The notes: generated by a model not told the origin, from the letters alone. A stretch of DNA of 64,000 nt from an uncultured Actinomycetota bacterium (GCA_963805675.1 CAWDVY010000035.1:78332-142331), one strand, 5' to 3'. Positions 40,025 through 53,203 are shown, counted from the first letter of the stretch. A program made the numbers and translations.

Positions 40025-40972
40025 CTATGCCTGCGGACTTTCGTCATCCGGGCTGTCTAAACCTGTTAAATCCCTAACAGTTTCTTTGGATGCCTTGAGT
40101 CGGTAAATGGCCAAATCGGCGGGCAGACCAGCGGGTTTACCCGCAAAAACCGGCCAATGTACCCGCTTGGCGGCCACGCCCAACTCATCCAGATCCTGCT
40201 GCGCGAGCTGGTCCAGGGTTGCCCCGGACAGCACGACTCCCCCTCGGCTGGCCCGCTCCATCACCCGGGCGGCGACGTTGACATCGACGCCGAGCCAGTC
40301 GGAGCCCAGCCGTTGCGGGCGCCCGGTATGAATCCCCACCCGCATCCGCGGTGTGTAACCGTCGACGTCGACCGAGTTCAACGCTCGCGTGGCCTCCAGG
40401 ACCGCACTCACCGCGACGAGTGGGTCGGCGAACACCGCCATGATGCCGTCACCCATCCGTTTGACGATGTGTCCGCCGGCGTCCAGCAGCGGTGGTTCAA
40501 CCGCCCGCGCCACTCGCCGCAGAAGCCTGAGCGTGGCGTCGTCACCGGCGCGCAATGACCACGCCGAAAAACCCACCAGGTCGGTGAAGACAATCGTGAC
40601 TTCGGGATGTGCCGGCTGCCGGGAGACCGCCTCGGTGACGGCCTGCCATACCTGCAGCGCGCCGAGGCTGACCTCGCGTGACGCGCCGCCGCGTTCGCCC
40701 AATAGGCGGCCGGCGGCCCGGGCGGCGGCGCGCGGGCCGCCCTCTCCGGCTCTGGACAGCGGGTCGCCGAAATCCGGATCGCCGGGCAAGACCCGGCGTG
40801 CCCGGCGGACCATGGCGATCACGCCCGGACTGTGGTTGGTGTTACGCAGCCACGCCGCCGCGCCGCGCAGTGACGGCGGCGAATGCTGTCGCGAATCGAG
40901 CGGACCAGGCGAATCCGGCGTGGTCACCGTTTGCTCGGGCCCGCCGGACGCCGGGAGGGGACCGAGTTCCAC
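40025..40972 (-). CDS. Class III adenylate cyclase (Rv1647-like)
   Basis: FTDLVGFS, KRMGDG, WLGVDVNVAARV; start approximate. Confidence 0.9.
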   Translation of the reverse strand: MELGPLPASGGPEQTVTTPDSPGPLDSRQHSPPSLRGAAAWLRNTNHSPGVIAMVRRARRVLPGDPDFGDPLSRAGEGGPRAAARAAGRLLGERGGASREVSLGALQVWQAVTEAVSRQPAHPEVTIVFTDLVGFSAWSLRAGDDATLRLLRRVARAVEPPLLDAGGHIVKRMGDGIMAVFADPLVAVSAVLEATRALNSVDVDGYTPRMRVGIHTGRPQRLGSDWLGVDVNVAARVMERASRGGVVLSGATLDQLAQQDLDELGVAAKRVHWPVFAGKPAGLPADLAIYRLKASKETVRDLTGLDSPDDESPQA

Positions 40973-41182
40973 AACCCTCAGGGTAGGTGGTGTCGGGAGA
41001 GACCGGCAACGACCGTCGTGGTGGTGTTCGACACGATCTGGGATGAACCGCCTGATCACGGGGTTACGACGGCTGTATCGACGCTCGGTAACAAGGTGCC
41101 GCGGCGCGCCCCGATTTCGTAGACAACATGTGTTGTCAACATTTATCGTGGACGCATCATCGCCCATCGGGACCAGGAGGCC

Positions 41183-42289
41183 GTGATGACAGTGACGTCG
41201 GTGCCATTGAAGCCACCGCGCACGTCCGCTCCGCGCGAGCCGGTCGAACGGGGCCAGGCCGCGGAGGACATGCCGGACCGACCCTCCCCGCTGGGGCCAG
41301 ACTCGCTGACCTGGAAGTACTTCGGCGACCTGCGCACCGGGATGATGGGCGTCTGGATCGGCGCGATCCAGAACATGTATCCGGAATTGGGTGCCGGTGT
41401 CGAGGAACACTCGATTCTGTTGCGCGAACCGCTGCAACGGGTGGCGCGCTCCGTGTACCCGATCATGGGCGTCGTCTACGACGGCAACAGAGCGGCCCAG
41501 ACCGGCGCGCAAATCAAGCACTTCCACCGCACCATCAAGGGAGTCGACGCCACCGGTCGCCGCTACCACGCCTTGAACCCGGAGACGTTCTACTGGGCGC
41601 ACGCCACCTTCTTCATGCTTGTGATCAAGGTGGCCGAGTATTTCTGCGGCGGGTTGACCGAGGCCGAAAAGCGCCAACTGTTCGACGAACACGTGCAGTG
41701 GTACCGGATGTACGGGATGAGCATGCGGCCGGTGCCCACGTCGTGGGAGGACTTTCAGGAGTACTGGCAGCGGGTCTGCCGCGACGAGCTGGAGATCAAT
41801 CAGGCCACCCTGGACATCTTCCAGATACGTATTCCCAAGCCGAAGTTCGTCATGATGCCCACGCCGGTGTGGGACCAGCTGTTCAAGCCGCTGGTCGCGG
41901 GGCAACGCTGGATCGCCGCCGGGCTCTTCGAGCCAGCCGTTCGGGAAAAGGCCGGCATGCGTTGGACGCCGAGCGACGAAGTGGTGCTACGACTGTTCGG
42001 CAAGCTGGTGGAGCTGGCTTTTCTGGCCATTCCCGACGAGATCCGGTTGCATCCGCGTGCGCTGGCGGCTTACCGCCGCGCCGACGGCCGAGCCTCCGCC
42101 GATGCACCGCTGGTCGAGGCGCCAAGCTTCATGGCGCCGCCATCAGACCGCCGCGGCCTGCCGATGCATTACTTCCCGCCCCGCACTCCCCTGCCCAGAA
42201 GCATCATCGAGCGTGCCGGTTCGCTGGTGCACACCACGTTCTCGCTGACCGGGTTGCGTCCGGCGCGGGGCCGCGGCAGGGCTGCCTAG
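41183..42289 (+). CDS. Oxygenase MpaB / DUF2236 family protein (Rv1645c-like)
   Basis: HRTIKG, YHALNPETFYWAHATF. Confidence 0.85.
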   Translation: MMTVTSVPLKPPRTSAPREPVERGQAAEDMPDRPSPLGPDSLTWKYFGDLRTGMMGVWIGAIQNMYPELGAGVEEHSILLREPLQRVARSVYPIMGVVYDGNRAAQTGAQIKHFHRTIKGVDATGRRYHALNPETFYWAHATFFMLVIKVAEYFCGGLTEAEKRQLFDEHVQWYRMYGMSMRPVPTSWEDFQEYWQRVCRDELEINQATLDIFQIRIPKPKFVMMPTPVWDQLFKPLVAGQRWIAAGLFEPAVREKAGMRWTPSDEVVLRLFGKLVELAFLAIPDEIRLHPRALAAYRRADGRASADAPLVEAPSFMAPPSDRRGLPMHYFPPRTPLPRSIIERAGSLVHTTFSLTGLRPARGRGRAA

Positions 42290-43071
42290 CCACCAGGACT
42301 GGCGCGCTGCGCCCGGGCGCTCTGATAGAGGCAAATGGCGGCTGCCGCAGCCACATTCAGGCTCTGAGCCTGCCCGGATATCGGAATGGCCACCCGACTG
42401 TCGGCCTGCTGAGCCAGCTGAGCCGACAGCCCGTGAGCCTCGGCTCCGAACAGCCATGCCGTCGGTGCCGCGAGTTGCGCATCATCGAGCGACAGCTCAC
42501 CGTCCACGGTGGTGGCCAGCACCTGCAGTCCGGCGGCCTGCAAGTCGCTGACCGCTGCACCCGCATCCGGTGCGACGACGACCGGCACCGAGAAGATGCT
42601 GCCCGCCGAAGCACGCAGGCATTTACCGTTGTACGGGTCGACGCTGTAGCCGGCGAACAGCACTGCCGCGGCGCCCATGGCATCGGCGATACGGATCAAG
42701 GTGCCCGCGTTGCCCGGCTCGCCGATTTCCACGCCGACGGCGACGAGCCGGGGCGAACCGATCAGCACATCCTCCAACCGCAGACTTGGCAGCTCGCACA
42801 CCGCCACCAACCCAGCCGGAGTTACGGTGTCCGACAGGGCTTTTGCAGCGCGCTCAGTGACGAGGTGGACCGCGGCGTCGTGGCTCGCCAGCAGAGTGGA
42901 ATACCGCTGCGCGGCCGCCTCGGTGACGAAAATCTCGCGGATCAGCCCGCGCCGTGAGGCGGCGTCGACCAGGTTGGCACCTTCGACCAGGCAACGTTGC
43001 GTGCGGCGCCGGGCCACCTGTCGATGCAGTTTGACCGCCGCGACCACCCGGGAAGATCGTTCAGTGAGCAC
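42286..43071 (-). CDS. tsnR: TrmH/SpoU family RNA methyltransferase
   Basis: EPGNAGTLIR, FGAEAHGL, SLNVAAAAAI; downstream of rplT. Confidence 0.9.
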   Translation of the reverse strand: MLTERSSRVVAAVKLHRQVARRRTQRCLVEGANLVDAASRRGLIREIFVTEAAAQRYSTLLASHDAAVHLVTERAAKALSDTVTPAGLVAVCELPSLRLEDVLIGSPRLVAVGVEIGEPGNAGTLIRIADAMGAAAVLFAGYSVDPYNGKCLRASAGSIFSVPVVVAPDAGAAVSDLQAAGLQVLATTVDGELSLDDAQLAAPTAWLFGAEAHGLSAQLAQQADSRVAIPISGQAQSLNVAAAAAICLYQSARAQRASPGG

Positions 43072-43153
43072 CGGGTGCGGTTGAGATCCGATTGTCCGGC
43101 TCCTCCTCGGGCCGTCCCGGCCCGCATCGTCGCCCGACCAGAGCCAGGCGGGG

Positions 43154-43543
43154 TCAGGCGGCCTCTCCGGACGGCGCGTTGACATCGTCGGGCAGTGCGG
43201 CCCTGGCAACGTCGACCAGCGCGGTGAATGCAGCGGGATCACTGATGGCGATCTCGGCGAGGTTCTTGCGGTCGACCTCGACACCGGCGGCCTTCAGACC
43301 CTGGATCAGGCGGTTATAGGTGATGTCATTGGCACGGGCCGCCGCGTTGATCCTCGAGATCCACAGCTTGCGGAATTCGCCCTTGCGCGCACGGCGGTCA
43401 CGGTAGGCATAAGTCAGTGAATGTAGTTGCTGCTCTTTGGCTTTGCGGTAGAGGCGGGATCGCTGGCCGCGATAGCCTTTGGAAGCCTTCAGAATGGTGC
43501 GGCGCTTCTTGTGGGCGTTGACTGCCCGCTTTACGCGTGCCAT
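43154..43543 (-). CDS. rplT: 50S ribosomal protein L20
   Basis: [15 protein letters not shown]...[11 protein letters not shown]. Confidence 0.98.
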   Translation of the reverse strand: MARVKRAVNAHKKRRTILKASKGYRGQRSRLYRKAKEQQLHSLTYAYRDRRARKGEFRKLWISRINAAARANDITYNRLIQGLKAAGVEVDRKNLAEIAISDPAAFTALVDVARAALPDDVNAPSGEAA

Positions 43544-43598
43544 TGGGTGTTCCTATCCTCGGGTGGTTGTTCCGGCGTTGGGTTGGCGAGGGACGCCG

Positions 43599-43793
43599 TC
43601 AGCCGTTCAGCATTTTTTTGACCCGCTTGGTGTCGTTGGCCGACACCTCGGTACGTCCATCCAGCCGCCGCGTCCGGGTGCTCGGCTTGTGCTCGAGCAG
43701 GTGGCGACGATTAGCTTTCTGACGCACGATCTTCCCGGTGCCGGTGCGCCGGAATCGCTTCGACGCTCCGCTGTGGGTCTTGGTCTTGGGCAT
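43599..43793 (-). CDS. rpmI: 50S ribosomal protein L35
   Basis: [14 protein letters not shown]. Confidence 0.98.
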   Translation of the reverse strand: MPKTKTHSGASKRFRRTGTGKIVRQKANRRHLLEHKPSTRTRRLDGRTEVSANDTKRVKKMLNG

Positions 43794-43813
43794 GTGTCCT
43801 CAGTTCTGCGGTA

Positions 43814-44413
<600 letters not shown>

Positions 44414-44573
44414 GGGGCCTCCCTAGGCTTGGTGGCCCGGCTCGCCCCCGCAAGCGGGGGGACCCCCACCTCAGGCCGCTGTGCGGCCCGCATGGTTGCC
44501 GGGTTGTTCGGTTCCTACCGCCACCGCCACCGGGTCCGTCCGGAGTCAGCGGTTGGAATACCACGCCATCAGC

Positions 44574-44597
44574 AAAAAAGCCCTGCATAAGCAGGGC
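44574..44597 (-). terminator. Intrinsic terminator inside the infC 5' leader (attenuator candidate)
   Basis: Minus strand GCCCTGC-TTAT-GCAGGGC-TTTTTT, ~160 nt before the infC start. Confidence 0.75.
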
Positions 44598-44784
44598 CCG
44601 GTGCCGACCGATCACGGCTGAAGCCGCCTGCATTACGCAGAACCAGCACAGCTAATGTGCCGGTGACCGGACCGCTGAGCCTTGACCCAAAGATTTCTTG
44701 GGATCTCTTGAGATCTCTCAGCCAACGGTGGGAGCGGGACTCCACTTGCTGTCTCTGGCTTCGCCTGAGACGGTCGCGCAGGTG

Positions 44785-44793
44785 AGTCTACCA
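44785..44793 (-). promoter_or_regulatory. Extended -10 promoter for the infC leader
   Basis: TG-G-TAGACT on the minus strand. Confidence 0.55.
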
Positions 44794-44948
44794 GTCATGA
44801 CGCTTTACTCGGTGATCCCGCTGCCGAGCCGGCCACGGCCGGCTGTGCACGACGCGACCACCGGGAGGTGTTTCGGGCACCGACACGAGCGATTGCGTGC
44901 GTCCCGAACATAGGCAATCCATAGCGTGAACGAATATCCTCGCGGTCT

Positions 44949-47900
44949 GTGACCCTCACTGCGTCTCGCCCACGGAGCCAGTCGACTTCTCGGCTCCGCT
45001 GGGTGCCGGCGGCCGCCGGCTGGACGGTCGGCATCATCGCCACGCTGTCGCTGATCGCCAGTGTGTCGCCGGTGATTCGGTGGGTCATCAGGATGCCGCG
45101 GGAGTTCATCAACGACTACCTGTTCAACTTCCCCGACACCAGTTTCGCGTGGTCGTTCGTGCTGGCCTTATTGGCCGGCGCGCTCACGGCGCGCAAGCGC
45201 GTCGCCTGGTGGCTGTTGATCCTCAACCTGCTACTGGCCGCGGGGTTGAACGTCGCGGGGCTGACAGCGGATCACGTCAGCCCGGCACGGGCGTTCGGCG
45301 AGACAGTCGGACTCGGTTTCCATCTGGCCGCGCTGGTGGTGCTGATCCTGGCCTACCGGGAGTTCTGGGCCAAGGTCCGCCAGGGCGCGTTGTTCAAGGC
45401 GGCCGGGGTGCTGCTGACCGGGTGGGCGATCGGAATCCTGCTGTCCTGGGGTCTCGTGGAGGCATTTCCCCGCTCGCTGGCCGCCGAGGACCGGTTGTTC
45501 TATGTGGTGAACCGGGTCGTCGGATTCGCCGTGGTCGCCTCGGCGTCGTTCACAGGCCGCCCGTCCGTCTTCCTCAACGTGCTTTTCGGGTTGTTCAGCG
45601 CGATGGCGCTGATTGCCGCTGTGATCGTGCTGTTCCAATCGCAGCGAGCCGACAATGCACTCACCGGTGAGGACGAATCCGCGATCCGCGGGCTGCTCGA
45701 GCTGTGGGGCAAGAACGATTCGTTGGGCTACTTCGCCACTCGCCGCGACAAGTCCGTGGTTTTCGCGCCGAGCGGCCGCGCCGCGGTCACATACCGCGTC
45801 GAGCTCGGGGTCTGCCTGGCCAGTGGGGACCCGATCGGGGATCCGCGAGCGTGGTCGCAGGCGATCGACGCCTGGATAGCTCTGTGCCAGAGCTACGGCT
45901 GGACACCCGGGAACATGGGTGCCAGTTCGGCTGGGGCCAAAGCATTTCGCGAAGCGGGCCTGAACGCCTTGGAGCTTGGCGACGAAGCGATTCTGTACAC
46001 GTCCGAGTTCAGGCTGTCCGGGCGGGAGATGCGCGGGGTACGGCAGGCGGTGACGCGGGCGCGCCGTGCCGGGCTGACGGTGCGCATCCGACGCCACCAC
46101 GACATCGAGCCCAAAGAAATGGCGCAGGTGACCTCGCAGGCAGATTCATGGCGCGACACCGAAAGCGAGCGCGGCTTCTCCATGGCGCTGGGTCGGCTGG
46201 GCGATCCGGCCGACGGCGACTGCCTTCTGGTCGAAGCCATCGCATCCGACGGCGCCGTGGTGGCGATCCTGTCGCTGGTGCCGTGGGGGCGCAACGGCGT
46301 TTCGCTGGATCTGATGCGTCGTTCGCCGCAGTCCCCCAACGGCACCATCGAACTCATGGTGAGCGAGCTCGCCCTACATGCCGAGCGCATCGGTATCAGT
46401 CGTATCTCGTTGAACTTCGCCATGTTCCGGTCCGCCTTCGAGCAGGGTGCCCAACTCGGCGCCGGCCCGGTGGCGCGGCTGTGGCGCGGCTTTTTGTTGT
46501 TCTTCTCCCGGTGGTGGCAGTTAGAGACGCTCTACCGCTCGAACATGAAGTACCAACCCGACTGGATACCGCGATACGCCTGCTACGAAGACGCCCGAAT
46601 GATTCCGCGGGTGGGCGTCGCCTCGGTGATCGCCGAGGGCTTCCTGGTGCTGCCGTTCGCTCGGCGCGACGAACAACACACCGGCCATCACCCGTCGGTG
46701 CCGCCGACCCTGTTGGCGACCGGGCTGTTGCAACAGGACGGCTCGGCGCCGGATGTGTCGGCACTGCAGGAGGCCGACTTCGGAGAGGGCGACGACCGAG
46801 GTCGCCGATTGCCAGAACAGATGCGTGTCCGGCTGTCCAAGCTGAAGACATTGCAGGCCAACGGCATTGACGCGTATCCAGTCGGACAGCCGCCCAGCCA
46901 CACCGTCGTCCAGGCGCTGGACATGACGACGATCAGACGACCGTCTCGGTGTCAGGACGCGTGCTGCGGATCCGCGACTTCGGCGGCGTGCTGTTCGCCC
47001 AGCTGCGTGACTGGTCAGCGGAAGTGCAGCTGCTGCTGGAGAATTCGATTCTGGAGCACGGACGCACCGCGGATTTCACCAAAGCTATCGATCTCGGCGA
47101 CTTGGTCGAGGTGACCGGGCGGATGGGATTCAGCAAGACCGGGACCCAGGTCGCTGATCGTGCACAGCTGGCGACTGATCGGCAAATGCCTGCGACCGTT
47201 GCCGAACAAATGGAAGGGGCTGACCGACCCCGAAGCGCGAGTGCGCAGCCGCTATGTCGACTTGGCGGTCAATGCCGAATCGCGCGAGCTGATCACAGCT
47301 CGCAGCAACGTGATACGCGCGATCAGAGATACCTTGAACGCCAAGGGATTTCTCGAAGTCGAAACCCCGATCCTGCAACAAATTCATGGCGGCGCGACCG
47401 CCCGCCCGTTCATCACCCACATCAACAGCTATGACCTCGACCTGTATCTGCGGATTGCGCCCGAGCTGTATCTGAAGCGGCTGTGTGTGGGGGGCATGGA
47501 GCGGGTATTCGAGCTGGGCCGGGCTTTCCGCAACGAGGGCGTCGACTTCAGCCACAACCCGGAGTTCACTCTGCTGGAGGCTTATCAGGCGCACGCCGAC
47601 TACAAGGACTGGATCGACGGCTGCCGGGAGCTGATCCAGAACGCCGCTCTGGCCGCCAACGGCGCCCTGGTGGTGATGCGGCCCAGTTCCGGCGATGCCA
47701 GTGGCTCCCTGGAAGCGGTCGACATCTCCGGCGCCTGGCCGGTTAAGACCGTGCACGACGCGGTATCCGAGGCGCTCGGTGAGCACATCGACGCTGACAC
47801 CAGCCTGGCCCGGCTGCGTAAGTTGTCCGACGCCGCGCAGATCCCCTACCTGGCGCGGTGGGACGCCGGCGCGGTAGTTCTGGAACTCTACGAGCATCTG

Positions 47901-48275
47901 GTCGAGGCTCGAACCGAGCAACCGACCTTCTATATCGATTTCCCGCTGTCGGTGTCGCCGCTGACCCGACCGCACCGCAGCAAGCCCGGCGTCGCCGAGC
48001 GCTGGGATTTGGTCGCGTGGGGGGTCGAGTTGGGCACCGCCTACAGCGAGCTCACCGACCCTGTCGAGCAGCGGCGGCGGCTCGAGGAGCAGTCCTTGTT
48101 GGCCGCCGGCGGGGATCTCGAAGCCATGGAGCTCGACGAAGACTTCCTGCAGGCGATGGAATACGCGATGCCGCCGACCGGCGGCCTGGGGATGGGCGTC
48201 GACCGCGTCGTCATGCTCATTACCGGGCGGAGCATCCGCGAGACGCTGCCGTTCCCGTTGGCGAAGCCGCGGTAA
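44949..48275 (+). CDS. lysX: Bifunctional lysylphosphatidylglycerol synthetase / lysine--tRNA ligase (two apparent frameshifts, ~46922 and ~47146)
   Basis: MprF-like TM and DUF2156 part ([14 protein letters not shown]) plus LysRS ([21 protein letters not shown]); spread over three ORFs. Confidence 0.93.
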
Positions 48276-48358
48276 CGAACCCGACGTCGCGCCCGGCCCG
48301 GGCAGTTCCGGCATCCGATGAGTGAAAGTCGTGTTTAACACGCACGAAACAGTCCACA

Positions 48359-49838
48359 ATGGATGACATGACGGGTTCAACGGCGAACCTTGCGTTTACG
48401 GTGCTGGCCGACAACCACACCTCCTTGATGCACGGCTGGGTGCCCGGCGTGGTCCAGGCTTTCTCGGTGGCCATGCTGCTGGTGGCCGTCGGGTGGCGAT
48501 CGCGCCCGTGGCGGCTGGTGTGGCTGCCGGTGGCGGCCGTCGCTGGGCGCAGCCCTGGCCGGTTGGTCGCGCTGGGACATCACCAATGACGGTCTGGCCG
48601 ACGACCCTGCGCCCCACCTGCTGTGGTGGTGGGTCGCGGTCAGCGGCACCGCCATCGCGATCCTGGTCCTGGGCTGGCGCAGCGCGCGTTGGTGGCGGCG
48701 CTGCGCATCGCTGTTGGCGGTTCCACTGTGTCTGCTCAGCGCGGCGACTGACGCTCAACCTGTGGGTCGGTTACTTCCCCACCGTGCAGACCGCGTGGGA
48801 TCAGCTCACCGCCGGTCCACTGCCCGATCAGACCGATGCGGCCAGCGTTAACGCCTTGGCAGCCGCGGGAATCCAGCCAACCCACGGCAGCGTCGTACCG
48901 GTGACGATCCCTGAAGAAGCGTCGCATTTCAAACATCGCGGTGAAGTCGTCTACTTGCCGCCGGCGTGGTTTTCCAGCACCCCGCCGCCGCAGCTGCCGA
49001 CGGTGATGATGATCGGCGGCGAGTTCAACACGCCTGCCGATTGGCTGCGGGCCGGCAACGCGGTGAAGACGATCGACGATCTGGCGGCCACACACGGCGG
49101 CAACGCTCCGGTGTTCGTCTTCGTGGACTCCGGCGGAGCGTTCAACAACGACACCGAATGCGTCAACGGGAGCCGCGGAAACGCGGCCGACCACCTAACC
49201 AAAGACGTCGTGCCATACATGATCTCTCGAGTTCGGTGTCAGCCCCGGGTCAGCGCATTGGGGCATCGTGGGCTGGTCCATGGGCGGCACCTGTGCGCTG
49301 GATCTCACGGTCATGCATCCGGAGCTGTTCAGCTCCTTCGTCGACATCGCCGGCAACCGGGGCCCGGACGTCGGAACCAAGGCTCAGACCGTCGCTCGGC
49401 TTTTCAGCGGCAACACCGACGCGTGGGCCGCCTTCGATCCGACGACCGTCATCACCAAACATGGTCGATACAAAGGGGTCTCGGGGTGGTTCGACATTTC
49501 GTCGAGCAACCCCCCGAAGCGTCATCACGGTCTCTCGGTGACCGATGCCGGCGAGGTCGGACTGGGTCGGTCAGCACGCTATCGAAAACCCGAACGACCA
49601 GACGGTCGCGGCCGAGTCGCTGTGTGAACTCGGCCGCGCCAACGGCATCGACTGCGCGATCGTGGCGCAGCCGGGCAAGCACGACTGGCCTTTCGCGAGC
49701 AATGCTTTCGCCGCGGCGATGCCCTGGCTGGCCGGCCGGTTGGGCACGCCCGGGGTGCCGCGGATTGCGTTGCCATTCGCTGCGCCTCCTGCCTCGCCTG
49801 CGGCTCCGGCGCCGCACGCCGAGCCTGTCGGCAGGTAG
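48359..49838 (+). pseudogene. Membrane-anchored alpha/beta-hydrolase/esterase (Rv1639c-like) with four apparent +1 frameshifts
   Basis: Fragments MHGWVP..., LNLWVGYFPT..., WGIVGWSMGG (GxSxG) and GKHDW reassemble after shifts at ~48546, ~48746, ~49230 and ~49560; may be sequencing error. Confidence 0.75.
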
Positions 49839-49849
49839 CGTAATGAACC

Positions 49850-50097
49850 ATGCCTGACGAGCCGACGAGTTCCGCTGCCGAGTCCGACGTCGACCCGGCT
49901 ATACCAGCTCCGGCATTCCGACTTTTGACTCGGTCCGCGAAAAGATCGAGGGGCGATACGACACGTCAATCGGCGCAGCCGAATTGGATGCTGAAAGCCC
50001 GGAGGGCCGTGACGTCGAGGAGCAGTACGAAGCGCGCCAGCGGGCAGCTGCCGAGCGTCTGGCCCAGATCCGCGAATCGATGCGCGACGACGGCTGA
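49850..50097 (+). CDS. Small conserved protein (Rv1638A-like) with apparent -1 frameshift at ~49907
   Basis: Adding one G in gacccggctat restores YTSSGIPTFDSVREKIEGRY...AAERLAQIRESM. Confidence 0.75.
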
Positions 50098-50099
50098 CG

Positions 50100-53012
50100 T
50101 CAGCTAGGCGCTGACTTTCGCGGCGCTTCGACCGCTGCGGCGACGGAGGTGCGTGCCGCCCCGACGACCTCGGCGAGGAACTTGCCGGTGTAGCTCTCCG
50201 GCACCGCCGCAATGTCCTCCGGTGTGCCCTCGGCGACGATGGTCCCTCCGCCCGCGCCGCCCTCGGGTCCCATGTCGATGACCCAGTCCGACGTCTTGAT
50301 CACGTCCAGGTTGTGTTCGATGACGATCACCGTATTGCCTTTGTCGACAAGGCCGTTGATGACGTCCAGCAACTTGCGGATGTCTTCGAAATGCAGGCCG
50401 GTGGTGGGCTCGTCGAGGATGTAGACCGTGCGCCCGGTGGAGCGCTTCTGCAACTCCGACGCCAGCTTCACCCGCTGCGCTTCACCGCCGGACAACGTGG
50501 GCGCCGGCTGGCCCAGTCGCACGTACCCGAGGCCGACATCGACCAGCGTCTGCAGGTAGCGGTGGATGCCGGTGATCGGCTGGAAGAATTCCGCCGCTTC
50601 CTCGATCGACATGTCCAGCACCTCGGAGATGGTCTTGCCCTTGTAGTGCACCTCCAGGGTTTCCCGGTTGTAGCGGGCGCCGTGGCAAACCTCGCAGGGC
50701 ACATATACATCCGGGAGGAAATTCATCTCGATCTTGATCGTGCCGTCGCCTGTGCATGCCTCGCAGCGACCGCCCTTGACGTTGAAGGAGAACCGGCCCG
50801 GTTGATAGCCGCGGACCTTGGCTTCGGTGGTCGCCGCGAAGAGGTTGCGGATCTTGTCGAAGACCCCGGTGTAGGTGGCCGGGTTGGATCGCGGCGTGCG
50901 GCCGATCGGCGACTGGTCGACACGTACCAACTTGTCCACGCTGTCCAGCCCGGTGACGCGGGTATGCCGGCCCGGGACCTGCCGGGCTCCGTTGAGCCTG
51001 TTCGCCAGCACCGCGGCCAGGATGTCGTTGACCAGCGTCGACTTGCCGGAGCCGGACACGCCGGTCACCGCGGTCAGCACGCCGAGCGGGAACACCACGT
51101 CGATGCCGCGCAGGTTGTGCTCGTGCGCGCCGACAACCGTGAGTCGACGTCGCTTGTCGACCGGACGCCGAATCGCCGGGGCGGCAATGCTTTGCTGGCC
51201 CGATAGGTAGGCCCCGGTGATCGATTCCTTGTTCGCCAGCAGCTCGCGGTAGGTGCCGCTGTGCACGATGTGGCCACCGTGCTCGCCCGCGCCAGGACCG
51301 ATGTCGACAATCCAGTCGGCGTGGGCGATGGTGTCCTCGTCGTGCTCCACGACGATCAGCGTGTTCCCCAAATCCCTTAAGCGGGTGAGGGTTTCGATGA
51401 GCCTACGGTTGTCGCGCTGATGCAGGCCGATTGACGGCTCGTCGAGCACGTACAGCACGCCGACCAGCCCGGAGCCGATCTGGGTGGCCAGCCGGATGCG
51501 CTGCGCCTCACCGCCGGACAGTGTGGCCGCCGCGCGGGACAGCGACAAGTACTCCAGCCCGACGTCGAGCAGAAAGCCCAGCCGCGACTGGATTTCCTTG
51601 AGCACCTGACCCGCGATCGCTTGTTCGCGTGTGCCCAGCGTGAGTCCGTTGAGGAAGTCCGCGCAGTCGGAGATGGACAGCTCGCACACCTCTGCGATCG
51701 ACTTCGCGCCCTGCTCACCCGCGGCCAAGGTGACCGCCAGGATTTCCGGCTTGAGCCGCGTGCCCTCACACACCGGGCACGGGACGTCGCGCATGAAGCC
51801 CTCGTAGCGCTCCTTCATCAGCTCGGATTCGGTCTGGTCAAGCTTGCGCTCCAGGAACGCCAGCACACCTTCGAAGTCGGCATAGTAGGACCGGGTGCGG
51901 CCGTAACGGTTGCGGTAGCGGACGTGCACCTGCTCGTCGCAGCCCTCCAGAATCGCCTTGCGGGCCTTGGCGGGTAGCTTGCGCCACGGCGTGTCGACGT
52001 CGAAGCCCATCGCATCGCCGAGGCTGGCCAGCATCCGGGTGAAGTACTCCGCGGTGTGGCCCATCGACCACGGCGCCACCGCCCCCTGTGCCAGCGTGCG
52101 ATCCGGGTCGGGCACCACCAGGTCGGGATCGACCTCCTTACGGATGCCCAGACCGGCGCACTCCGGGCAGGCGCCATACGGCGAGTTGAACGAGAACGAC
52201 CGCGGCTCCAGGTCATCGACGGCCAGGGCATGCCCGTTGGGACAGGCCAGCTTCTCGGAGAACCGCTGCTCGCGGTTGTGGGCGTCGTGGTCGTGATCGA
52301 CGAACTCCAGCACCACGATGCCGTCGGCCAGGTTCAGCGCGGTCTCCACCGAATCGGTGAGCCGCTGCTTGGCGCTGGCCTTGACGGTCAGCCGGTCCAC
52401 CACCACGGCGATGTCGTGCTTCTCTTGTTTCTTCAGCTTGGGTGGATCGGTCAGCGAATGCACCACGCCGTCGACGCGCACGCGGCTGTAGCCCTGCGCG
52501 TTCAGCTTCTCGAACAGGTCGGCGAACTCGCCCTTGCGGGTGCGCACCACCGGTGCGAGAACCTGAAACCGGGTGCCTTCGGGCATCACCAGCACCTGGT
52601 CGACGATCTGCTGCGGCGTCTGGCGGGCGATCCGCTCACCGCAGACCGGGCAGTGCGGCGTGCCGGCGCGCGCATAGAGCAGCCGCAGATAGTCGTACAC
52701 CTCGGTGATGGTCCCGACCGTCGACCGCGGGTTGCGGTTGGTCGACTTCTGGTCGATCGACACCGCCGGGGATAGCCCCTCGATGAAGTCGACGTCGGGC
52801 TTGTCCATCTGTCCCAGGAACTGGCGGGCGTAAGCGGACAACGATTCGACGTAGCGGCGCTGGCCTTCGGCGAAGATCGTGTCGAACGCCAGCGAAGACT
52901 TTCCCGAACCGGACAGCCCGGTGAAGACGATCAACGCGTCGCGCGGCAAATCAAGATCGACACTGCGCAGGTTGTGCTCACGCGCACCCTTGACGATCAG
53001 GCGGTCAGCCAC
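50100..53012 (-). CDS. uvrA: Excinuclease ABC subunit A
   Basis: Two ABC modules ([24 protein letters not shown]) and CxxC zinc fingers. Confidence 0.98.
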   Translation of the reverse strand: MADRLIVKGAREHNLRSVDLDLPRDALIVFTGLSGSGKSSLAFDTIFAEGQRRYVESLSAYARQFLGQMDKPDVDFIEGLSPAVSIDQKSTNRNPRSTVGTITEVYDYLRLLYARAGTPHCPVCGERIARQTPQQIVDQVLVMPEGTRFQVLAPVVRTRKGEFADLFEKLNAQGYSRVRVDGVVHSLTDPPKLKKQEKHDIAVVVDRLTVKASAKQRLTDSVETALNLADGIVVLEFVDHDHDAHNREQRFSEKLACPNGHALAVDDLEPRSFSFNSPYGACPECAGLGIRKEVDPDLVVPDPDRTLAQGAVAPWSMGHTAEYFTRMLASLGDAMGFDVDTPWRKLPAKARKAILEGCDEQVHVRYRNRYGRTRSYYADFEGVLAFLERKLDQTESELMKERYEGFMRDVPCPVCEGTRLKPEILAVTLAAGEQGAKSIAEVCELSISDCADFLNGLTLGTREQAIAGQVLKEIQSRLGFLLDVGLEYLSLSRAAATLSGGEAQRIRLATQIGSGLVGVLYVLDEPSIGLHQRDNRRLIETLTRLRDLGNTLIVVEHDEDTIAHADWIVDIGPGAGEHGGHIVHSGTYRELLANKESITGAYLSGQQSIAAPAIRRPVDKRRRLTVVGAHEHNLRGIDVVFPLGVLTAVTGVSGSGKSTLVNDILAAVLANRLNGARQVPGRHTRVTGLDSVDKLVRVDQSPIGRTPRSNPATYTGVFDKIRNLFAATTEAKVRGYQPGRFSFNVKGGRCEACTGDGTIKIEMNFLPDVYVPCEVCHGARYNRETLEVHYKGKTISEVLDMSIEEAAEFFQPITGIHRYLQTLVDVGLGYVRLGQPAPTLSGGEAQRVKLASELQKRSTGRTVYILDEPTTGLHFEDIRKLLDVINGLVDKGNTVIVIEHNLDVIKTSDWVIDMGPEGGAGGGTIVAEGTPEDIAAVPESYTGKFLAEVVGAARTSVAAAVEAPRKSAPS

Positions 53013-53083
53013 GCAATCCCTTTCCGCGGGCCGCTTCCAGCGCCAGTATCGGCGCCGCAATCCGGCCGGACACTACCGTGTCC

Positions 53084-53105
53084 ATGCTAGGTGTCCCCTC
53101 TGACA
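53084..53105 (-). promoter_or_regulatory. RecA-NDp/PafBC-type DNA damage promoter of uvrA
   Basis: TGTCAG-10 nt-TAGCAT, fitting the recalled consensus TGTCGG-N10-TANNNT with one mismatch. Confidence 0.75.
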
Positions 53106-53203
53106 GACATGTCACCGCGTTTTCAAAACGCTCACGTGGCCCGGCTGGAGCATCTCGCCGATAGTTTGGCCGCCTTGCTGCCCCACAGAAGATCTCGATA
53201 CGA

